DNA of 64,000 nucleotides from Vermamoeba vermiformis (lineage: Eukaryota). The notes beneath the pieces are model-generated. The model did no database searches and was not told the origin of the DNA. It worked only from the letters and a program-made list of their open reading frames with translations. Made by a program: the position numbers and the translations under genes. Shown in pieces: positions 54,273 through 64,000 of the stretch (the first letter of the stretch is position 1; each line of letters starts with the position of its first letter). Location of the stretch: NCBI GenBank assembly GCA_045837725.1, contig JBEWZL010000243.1, forward strand, positions 310,001 to 374,000. Reading direction: 5' to 3'.

Positions 54273-55510
54273 TTATTCTTTGTAGTTTGGCTGAGTGCGA
54301 TCCAAAAACCTTTTCAGTGAGTTGAAGTGATTGTCAGCGTAAAACTTCTCTTCTTTGCCAGGGAAATATTGTCGAGCAGCTTGCAACACATCAGGCGCGA
54401 TTATTTTCAACGGCAGACCAGTAGACATTGCCAAAACTTCGAGAGCAAGATCAGTTTGTTTTTCTAAACCGCAAAAAGATCGACTTACCTTGGTGCATAC
54501 AAGCTCGCTCAAAGTAATAAAGAGAATTAAATGCCATTGAGATTGTAGGAGCTGCCAGTACAAAAGAATTAGCAATTAAATTTATCAAATTTAGTTTCAA
54601 GCCACTTACCGACAGCCAAAACGCCATGGTTTCCCATCATCATAATATTTTTATCGCCTAATACATCTGCTAAGCGATCTCCTTCTTCTGTACTAATAAT
54701 CAAGCCGCTGTAATTCTCGTCGTACGCGATCTGATCTTGGAATCGCATCGAGTTCTGATGAACCATTTCTAATTTACCGCCTTTAACCATTGTCAATGCA
54801 GTAGCATATGGTGAGTGCGTATGTAAGATACAACTCGCTGATTCTGGTCTTCTTAAGTGGATTCGGCTATGAAGATCTGTTCGACAGAAACAGACCGTTA
54901 GTACACTAACAGTCGTATTATAATATGTAGCTTACAAAATGCGGTAGCAGATGGCTCTACAGTACCACGTCCTCGTCCGTTATCAACGACTTTGCCAGTC
55001 TTCGAGTCCACAATAATCAGATCCGAGGCACAAACTTCAGTCCAATGCAATCCGAACGGAATAACCATGAAGCGGTCTCTATAAACAGGATTAGATATTA
55101 TATACAATTATGTACAGAATATTAAAGAGAGAAGTATCATTCACTGAATTTGAGATATTATTTTCGAACGACAGTAGATCTAGCGCCACAAAATAATCGT
55201 AAATAATAACCAAGCATGCGTATAATATTTAATGTATAAATATAATGTACCCTGGCAAGCTGACCGTAAAATGATTGCAAACACCCTCCTCCCAATTGAA
55301 AACGGTGGCTAATCTATAAGCTGCTGCTAAATCTACGCGAACTTGTCGTTCATCTATTGCATTATTTTCGTCTTTTATTGTTTGCCAATATGGCACGGTT
55401 GACGAAGTGGATTGACGTCGATGAGCGAACAACTGCATCCGTTCTCGTTTGACAACGCGATTGGACCGAGTAATTCCTTGTTTAATTATACTAGTAAATG
55501 TCCTTAGCAT
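54273..55510 (-). CDS. Class II aldolase/adducin family protein with probable mitochondrial presequence
   Basis: RVDLAAAYRL...EGVCNHFTV, PFGLHWTEVCASDL, ILHTHSPYATAL, MGNHGVLAVG; Arg-rich, nearly acid-free N-terminus MLRTFTSIIKQGITRSNRVVKR. Confidence 0.9.
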
Positions 55511-55850
55511 ATTGATATCTGATTTATGGTGTTGGTGTTGATTATGCTGGATGGGAAAGGCGACAAAAAAAAAGCCGACATTTAAAGACCTACAACCCGA
55601 CAAGTTGTAGGTTTGAAATTTTTGGTCGCCTTTTTGACCGAACCCGTAGAAGTCAATCGCCTCCCTGCTGGATCAAAATTTAAATTTGCGCGCCAAACGG
55701 ATTGTTTTGTTCTTGAACTGTTTTGAAGAAGACCACAATAGTGTTGATAGTAAGTATCTATACTTGATATGCCACTAATGTCTCTGCTTTATCTTATCAT
55801 TGCTAACCTTGATCAGCTGATCCGTTTGTCCTCAATAAGCTAACATAATT

Positions 55851-57860
55851 ATGGAATTTAATCAAGCTTCAATTAAGCAAACTCCCATTCATAGTAAGTA
55901 AGACTATAAGCTACGACAATTTTCTAAATATTTCGAAATAATTCTAATTTATGGATCCATTAATGTCCTCACCTTACACGAGTATTAGCCTCTTCATAAT
56001 ATATAATTGATGATTATATATTATAGTTGAGATTTGTCTTAAGCCACGCTCCACTGCAAAGCCAGAAGAGATCAAAGAACGCGCCTCTCATTTTCTCGTC
56101 GCCAACTTTAGTAACTTTCAATACCCTCGTGGCCTATCATTCGACGTCACTTCAAATGAATTTCTTCGCGCGAATGTCGAATATATGAAAATAGCTGATG
56201 AAGGTAAGCAAATTTCTTCGTTTCAATTTCGACATCCGGATCTTCAGTCGTTACACGGACCTACCTAACACTTCATATTATAGTCTCGTCCTCAAGTATC
56301 ATCTCGAAGACCAATCCTCCCATTATACATGTCTTCCAACTGCACCAAGATGAAGCTGGTCAAGAAGAGCTGGATGGCGAAGAAAATCAAAACATTGCCG
56401 CTTGTAATATATGGGAGCTGCCTAATGTCGAATTCGATGGTCTATGGGACACGTAAGTGCATCTTATATGAATAAATAAGCTCAGCGCATTTCTTATTCT
56501 TAACTACGTTTACGCTAACCGGATGTGCCTCAGGTTGGTCTATGAAGAATCAATTAAAAAGAACCTTATTGAATACATATCAACTGCTATGCTATTCTCG
56601 GATAGAAACATCAATAGCAACATCATTAGTTGGAACAGGTAAGCTCAATTTCAGCCAGTACAAAATGTTAGATCTACGTACTTCCGATTCTAATTGTTTA
56701 ACAATACTAATATGTCTATATATAGAGTGGTATTATTGCATGGACCACCAGGAACGGGCAAGACTAGTCTTTGTAAAGCTCTTAGTCAAAAACTTGCGAT
56801 CCGACTAGACGATCGGTACGAAACAAACCTCGACTTCTTAATCTGGCTTAACATCGAACTAATTATTTCCTAATTAGGTATCGCGGTGGTCAATTGGTCG
56901 AAATCAATGCTCACAGTCTGTTCAGCAAGTGGTTCTCTGAGAGTGGCAAGCTCGTCATGAAATTGTTCGAAAAGATCCGTGAAATGGTCGAAGACGATGA
57001 CACGTTTGTTTGTGTGCTAATAGGTAATGTACTAATTAGGAACATATATTGCCTTATTTAGCAAAGGATGTCGAATAATGACACGTGTAAATAGATGAAG
57101 TCGAGAGTTTGACAGCGGCACGTCAAGCAGCTATTGCAGGCACAGAACCATCTGATGCAATTAGAGTACGTCCTAGTATTATAATATTACCATAAAAGGA
57201 AATAACGATGATGACACGTTGTAATTTGACAGGTCGTAAATGCTGTGCTCACACAGATCGATCAATTGAAGAAATACCGCAATGTCATCATTCTAACCAC
57301 ATCGAACGTTACTGGTGCAATAGGTATATCCGTTGTGTTTATAATATAGGCATTATTACTCATTTTCTATTGCACAGATCTGGCATTCGTGGATCGAGCA
57401 GACATCAAACAATACATTGGTCCACCAAACATTAGAGCACGTTACGATATAATTTCGTCGTGCATATACGAACTGATGCGTGTTGGAATTATTAGTCCAA
57501 AAGTAAGTGTCGTCCACGCTTTGACACTTTGATTTGACACGTGTCATTTTGTAGGTGCCGCTACTCGACTACAAGTCGCTCGAACTAATGCACGCACCAA
57601 GTGAAACATCACGGGCGAGTATGATGTTGTTAGAGGCGATGAAACAGTGCGAAGGATTCAGTGGTCGTGCCATGAGGAAACTGCCCTTCATCGCTCACTC
57701 GCACTTCGTTCAGGTACGTAGAACAATCTCTAATCACGACAGCGCTGTTAAACAATGAACTTCACAATAGAGACCACAATGTACAGTAGAAGAGTTTATT
57801 ATCGCTTTTGATGCAGCGGTGAAAAAAGAAGTGAATGATCGCACGGCTGTCAACAAGTAA
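55851..57860 (+). CDS. TRIP13: AAA+ ATPase PCH2/TRIP13
   Basis: [100 protein letters not shown]; about 10 introns. Confidence 0.95.
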
Positions 57861-57921
57861 ATTTGGTACGTAGCTGAGTCAAAGGTCAATCTATTTACAA
57901 GAAAACTCTATCGTATTTACA

Positions 57922-59955
57922 CTATTCTTTTTTGCTAGCGATTTTTATCTTTTCAGCTTTCATTTCTTCGAGGATCAAATGCTGGTTGTGTTCCGTGATT
58001 TCAAAGAACTCTTCTTCGAGAGATTTTTTGTGAATAATCGTCAAGAACGAAACACCACTAACACTAGTAGCCGCACCGTGGAACGCTATTTGAAAAATGT
58101 TAATTCTGACCGGATTAATTGAGTTCTAACGCACCTGCCGCTCCGAGCATTGCAAACACGTTTACTAAAGGCACAAGCTTAAGTGCTTCGAGGCCAAATA
58201 AGGCAACTCGAGCGGCTGTCACGGGGATGTTCGTTGCAGCACCGGTCCAAAGTCCGTCTGGCCAACTGGTAAGTCAAAAAAACTTGCTGAAAGCTTAAAC
58301 TTACGAGCAATAGTTTTCAAAGTCCCTGCAGGAGATTTCATGCCGTAGAGTCTCATGATTGCACCGAACATGCCAACGTGAAGTGGAATGATCATGGCCA
58401 AGTCCGTGAATGGACTTCAAATGGTTAGCCGCACGTAATATTTAGATATTTCTACTTACATTGGCGATAATCCAGCAGCGGCACACGCGGTACTGAAAGC
58501 TGCAACAATAGCCAAGCCCTTCTTCTTTCTGGCACATAATTAGACCCGTGTTTATAACAAAGAACATCCACGTTTCTTCTTAGGTACGTACAAATCAGCA
58601 TAATAGGCGGCTTGGTTCGAGTAGAACATCTCGGAGAGCTTGTCATTCTTCTCTTTCCACTTCAATAGCTCACGTGCCATCGCTCTTGCCAAGTCGTGCA
58701 TGCCATGTGCAGGAGTGGTCTTGCCTTTGATAGTTTTATCTTTGGCCAGCACTGCATGGTAGCTCGAAATGTTGTCGTTCTTCAAGTCGGTCTTCATGAG
58801 CTCCAAGAAGTTCAAACTTTCTTCAGATGAGCACTGCAGTAGAACGACCATGACCTGCGCGAACTCGGCGATGGCGTTAATGACGCTAATTTGCCACTCT
58901 TCTATGCGAGGCTTTTGAAGACAGAACAAGACCAAGTGAATCTTTTCGCCTTTGATGTGAGGTGCGTTGCATGCAACTAGGTTGAGGACGAAGTTGACGT
59001 AGCTCGGCAAGTCATGGAATTGAAGGTTCTGCTCTTTCTCGTTCTTAGCCACGTTGAAGAACCCGGGAGTGTCGATGAAACGAACTGAGCGTCCATTGTG
59101 TGAGTACTGCACATGCTCGACCTTGTTCGTCATCGCAACACCCGAGCAGTTTCCTTCTTTCAGTTGTAGCTTTGGAGGCGGTCTGCAAAAGTTGTTTCCC
59201 AAACAACTCTTGCCAATTCCGTTGTCACCAATCATCAAGACATTGACGTGATCAATGCCTGATGTATTGGCATCAAGTAAGATTTTTGCTCCAGCTATTG
59301 CCCGTTCGTAGATGTACAAGGGCGCGAATTCGAATTGGCGCACTAGAATCGAGCGTCAGCGATGAGGAACTAGTAATGATTACTTGAAATGAGAAACAGC
59401 TTACTTTTCTCCTCGTCAGTGGGATAGTCTGCAACAATGTTCTTGGCGATGTTGATAAACTCTTCTCTGTACACAAAATCGGCTGGAATGAGGTCGTTCG
59501 TTTCAACAGGTTCTTCCTCGAAATATTTCATGCGCAAGAATAAAGTAACAATCAATCGCTTAATGTTGGCGTTAAGTCCGATCCATGGGTGAAGCAACTC
59601 GTGAAACTTCTGGCGACAATACGCTCTAGTAAATTCGCCTAAAGAATTGCGTAAGAATACAACTGAAAAATTCACTTGAATGAAGCTACTTACAGCCAGC
59701 TACATGGACATAAAGAGACTCGATTTTTGCGTATGTCTCCCTGAGTTGGTCGTCACCGAGTCTGCCAATGGCAAACAAAACTTCCAAAACCTGCTTCTGA
59801 GCCTCGTATTGATCTTGGTGAACGTAAAATGCGCCGTCAGAAAGGGAAATACACAATCGACATTGCTCGCCTTGCCTTGCTGTCAAAGGCAATACAAAGG
59901 ATTGTATGTGGGGTAGGGCGTTTGTAATTAGTGGAAGAATTCCGTCGGTGGACAT
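57922..59955 (-). CDS. P-loop GTPase with DUF697/YcjF-like hydrophobic C-terminal domain
   Basis: G1 VLMIGDNGIGKSCLGN, G3 FIDTPGF, KIHLVLFCL. Spliced C-terminus AAAGLSPIPFTDLAMIIPLHVGMFGAIMRLYG...LKLVPLV. Introns 58529-58591, ~58416-58459, ~58259-58304, ~58087-58134; TAG 57922-57924. Confidence 0.85.
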
Positions 59956-60019
59956 GTTTGCGATAAAATTGAACGAATAATAATGGAAAACATCGCTTTT
60001 ATGCGTTTCTATTTCTGAC

Positions 60020-60165
60020 TTTGACCAATCAGAAGTTTTTTTCGCAAGTTTCCATCAAAGAATAACCAATTATTGAGCTAAGAATTGACCAACTAAATTT
60101 CGTTGAACTGACCAATAGGGCGAGGTTTTATTGTGCACGTGATGCTATTCTTTCGACGCGAAAAA
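60020..60165. promoter_or_regulatory. Bidirectional promoter with clustered CCAAT boxes
   Basis: CCAAT at 60025, 60066 and 60112, a near match at ~60089, CACGTG at 60136 and ACGCGAAAA at ~60157, all within the 263-bp gap between divergent ATGs (59955 and 60219). Confidence 0.5.
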
Positions 60166-60218
60166 GCGTAAGAAGATTTGCGTTGCAATTATAATTCTAT
60201 TTAGTATTATTTGTCGCA

Positions 60219-62808
60219 ATGATGGCCACAAAATCACTCCATGAAATTACCAATGCTTTACAAGTTCTAAAAGCGAGGTAAGAATTAAAATCTGATCATC
60301 CGTTATTCATTCACTGAATCCGATCCAATTCTTTGGCTTCTAACTTTCATCAGATTGCCCAAAGCCGCCAGAAAAACTCTTAAAGTCATAGAGTATGTTG
60401 TTATTGGTGGAGAATCGGCCGGAAAATCGAGCTTGGTTGAAGCGCTTGCCGGATTCCAATTCAATTTTATTCGTCTTGGTCAGTATGAATACGCAATAAC
60501 CATTTAAATTAATTTTATGGTCAGGTATGGGAACTCGCTGCCCTTTAATCCTTCAGATGGTCAATGACCCAACTTGTCATCAACCCAGATGCAGGATCAC
60601 CATTGACGGAACCACTCAGGACATCCCCATTGCTAACATCGCCGATATAATATCCGCAAAGACTGAGCAACTCAAAGCGGCAAATGCAGTATCAACAGAT
60701 CCGATAATTGTGGAGCTGGTCAGCCGCGACTGCTTCAACTTCACGTTAATCGACACTCCAGGTCTGAAAGGCGTAGGACATGATGACAGTACGTGAATAT
60801 GATGTATATGTTTGGAAAATACTAACGCCATCAATAGAAAAATTGGTGGCGGACATCGAACACATGGTGGAACAACTTATCACGGGGGAAAACTCGCATC
60901 GGACCATCATTTGTGTCGAACAGTCCGAGGTAAATTGATCAAATATCTCTTCCGCCCGGTACCTTTATGAATTAATTTACCTCGCAGAACACGTGGGATC
61001 ATCCAGGGCTTGGCAGACTCATGATCGATCGCGTTGACAAGAACTACGAACGAACAATTTTCGTCAAAACAAAAATCGATCAAATTTTATCGCGTCACAG
61101 CACCGATGCCGCAGAATGGTTTGCAGACGGTAGAAAAAAGATCCCCAACTGTCCAATGTTTTGTGTTGCCACTCCAACGAAGCCACAAGAACCTCAAAAG
61201 TGGACGGACGAAGTTTTCCGTGCCAAACTTCGAGATGAGACTAAGAAAACGCTGAATATGGTCGAAAAACTGAAATTAGAGTAAGTTAATCGCATTAATT
61301 CCTATTGTTTTGTTTTTTACAGCAAAGTTTAGTGCCGACTTGAACATTGAGTTTGGTGTGGAGGCGCTGAAAAAGTACCTCGAAGACGACTACGCAAAAA
61401 AGCTGAAACTTCATATGAATGACGTACTGTCGTCAATTGACAAGATCGTGCATGATCTCGAAATACAATTGAACGAAACTACCACCGCGCTGCAGAAAAA
61501 CGATGACAAAAATCTGCAAAAAGATGTTGTTAGACAAGCAGCGGTCATTACAAACATGTTGCAAGAGTTTTTTCAGGGCAAATTGAACCGAAATATTACT
61601 GATGGTGTGACTTTGAAAGACGAGAACGATCGCTGCTTTAGAGGTGTTGACCTGAAATCGATGGTGCCGTGGATGCACCAAGTGGACTTTTCTCTTTTGC
61701 ACACACAAACCTCGCTGTTATATGGAGGTACTTCCATCCTTATTTACATAACCCTATCATATACTAAACTTACATACAGGGTCGCAGTACAATCGAATTC
61801 TTCACGAAGTTGAACTGATCGTCAAGTCCCTTGAATTGCCTTATTTGGGCATTGATCAAGTTGATATTGCACGTGGTGCACAATTGAAATCCAATAACGC
61901 TTCGTTCGGCGACACAGTGAGTACTCAAACCATTGCCTAATTTGGTAATTAACTCCGATTTAGGTGTCAGAACTTTGCTGCAATCAGTTATCGCGCTGTG
62001 TGCGTGACATTCACGTCTATTTGGCCAAAAAGCTCAAATTTTTCACTGAAACACTCTTAACGGTGACGCTCAACTATCTGAAGCAAGCGAACGACTCATT
62101 GGCATTCTCCATGGCCGCCGAACAAATACGTCAATTATACCCTGCGTACGTACGAGTTGGTTCGATATTAGGTGTTCTTATTATTTAATATTTGTAGTGC
62201 TGTTGAGTCCGTTCTAAGCAGGTGGCAAGATCTGGCCAAAGACATTGTACCGACAGAAGAATATTCACGGTCAATGTTGAATCCGTTGACTTATCGCAAA
62301 CGAGTAGAATATAGGTACACATTTATTGATGCCACTAATCATTAACCCCATGCTTAACCAAAATATTTTTTTTCAGTGAAAATTTGGATCCCAAGACTCG
62401 GATTCGAGAAGAATTACAAAACGTGCCGATCAATGAGACTCCACAGTTCGCTAATCTCCCGACCAGCGAGATTATGGAGCCATTGACCGCTGCCTGTCGG
62501 TACGCCTTCAGAAGACTTTGCGATCAATATCTCACTACGCTACTTGGCTTGACTAACAGCTTCTTCTCGATCCCACTGTAAGTTCACTTTTTGCTTAACG
62601 TTACTAATATTAAGAGTTACTGATGCGACTTTTCTTAAGGCAAAAAGCGATCCCTGCCATTCTGGGTGACATTGAGCTGCCTCCCAATGCCCTTGCGACA
62701 ATAGCAGCTGAACGCCAAAGATTGGAAAACAACAAACGCGAGATCTCGGCTGAGATTTCTGACTTCAAGACTTTGGCAGAGCAATTCGAAGTCTATCGCA
62801 TGCAATAG
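60219..62808 (+). CDS. Dynamin-like protein, DRP5A/ARC5/Dictyostelium Dlp type
   Basis: VVIGGESAGKSSLVEALAGFQFN..GMGTRCPLILQMVND (closely resembles the DRP5A G1/G2 region), TLIDTPGL, VKTKID; about 10 exons. Confidence 0.88.
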
Positions 62809-64000
62809 TTTCAGATACAACGATATGTATGTAACCACTTTTGGGCATAAAATTGATCGATTTATTTATCGACACAACACTGCTCGATTGTTTTTCCGAC
62901 TTCTTTTCCAGCATCTTGTAATCCGCGCTTGGATTCTCTTCGGACAATTTCATTAGCTCTGCACGCTTCTGTTCCCGTTTGACTAACTCCGCTGCCATTG
63001 CCGTAGCGAGATCATGCATTCCACAGGAATGATAATCGATGTTATCGCCTTCAGCCAGTACAGTGTGAACACTTGAGACTTTGCTGCCTTTGAGACTATA
63101 CTTCATTCGTTCCAAGTTCTTCAAGTCTTTTTCTTTCGAGTTCGTAGTAAGTTGAACAACCATTACTTGCATTACATTGGACGCGCTATCAATTAGACTT
63201 GCAAAAGGCCCCATCTCTGATCCTCTCATGCAACACAACATTATTTGAATTGGACCATTCAACCGCAATGAGATGGCTCGTGTATTATCAACAAATGTTT
63301 TTCTAGGAACTTGGCCATCGAATGACATATTTGTTAGAATGACTCTACTGCCATTAGCCCCACAACAAGAGAACTCCTCGAAGTGTTTTTCCGTGCTTTG
63401 ACAAAAAAGCTGAGCAAAAACTTTTCTGCCAACATTGTCATCCCCCACCATGATCACATTGATCGATCGGACGGTCGACAGGTTCTTTTCCATCAAGATG
63501 TGTGCGGGGATGACCAATCGTTCTTGAATATACAGTGGGGCGAACTCTGCTTGTCGTCCTATAATAGCTGTTAATGACTCTATATTAGCTTAATTTAGCA
63601 TACTTTTCTCTTCATCTGTTGGATACTTAGCAACAATTTCTTTTGCAATATCGATGAACTCTTCTCTGAACGCAAATTCAGCTGGCAACAGTTTGTTAGT
63701 ATCAAGGGGCACTCGACCCTCGTACTTCAAGTTCAAAAACATTGATACGATGTGACGCTTGAGGTCGGCATTGAGGTCCTGCCATGGCCCAAGAAACAGT
63801 TTGAACGCTATGTGACACTGTTGTCTGGCCTCTGCTTGTCTGAGGGCTTTCTGGTGTGCTTCTAACATGTTTGTTATTCTCGCCAAGCACTCTTGACTGG
63901 TGGGACGTTTTTGTGGATCTGTCTTGCAACAATCTGTAATGAGTTGCTTCCACTCCTGGTTTTCAATGCCGTTGGAAATCTCGGTCACTCTAGCCTCTTC
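62765..64000 (-). CDS. Partial gene: protein kinase C-terminal lobe end, shared linker, and degenerate GTPase domain (paralog of 57922-59955)
   Basis: Kinase subdomain XI-like WKQLITDCCKTDPQKRPTSQECL; linker FREEFIDIAKEIVAKYPTDEEK|RRQAEFAPLYIQER with the same intron position as the neighbouring GTPase; P-loop remnant VIMVGDDNVGRK; GMHDLATAMAAELVK. Confidence 0.78.

Noticed and set aside
55851-57860. PCH2 as proof of meiosis or sex
   Set aside because: PCH2/TRIP13 also acts in the mitotic spindle checkpoint, so it is not diagnostic alone.

Overview
Gene-dense eukaryotic genomic DNA with many short GT-AG introns (mostly ~45-120 nt) and frequent head-to-head gene pairs. The gene content (two talins, a class C GPCR, a DRP5A/Dlp-type dynamin, G-alpha) suggests an amoebozoan-like protist; this is inference. 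About 22 spliced protein genes were reconstructed by eye: a partial type-I membrane protein, talin (+), a small orphan, DHX35, RPN1/PSMD2, a Pam18-like J protein, G-alpha, CWC25, an F-box protein, an uncharacterised small protein, an M3A oligopeptidase, a second divergent talin (-), a macrodomain/PARG-like fusion, a class C GPCR, an F-box/TPR protein, a Zn-dependent dehydrogenase, a DOT1-like methyltransferase, a class II aldolase, PCH2/TRIP13, a DUF697-type GTPase, a dynamin-like protein and a partial kinase-GTPase paralog. Main highlights: (1) a 63-nt intron in the GTPase gene that itself encodes a polybasic CaaX tail, so splicing could switch the membrane anchor; (2) an apparently intact MacroD hydrolase fused to a PARG fold with degenerate catalytic motifs; (3) a three-gene GTPase cluster; (4) a locally duplicated talin pair with shared head-region introns; (5) a 12-bp palindrome, TGACACGTGTCA, recurring in introns of unrelated genes. 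No rRNA, tRNA, CRISPR or transposase was recognised. Exon boundaries were read manually and may be off by a few bases.
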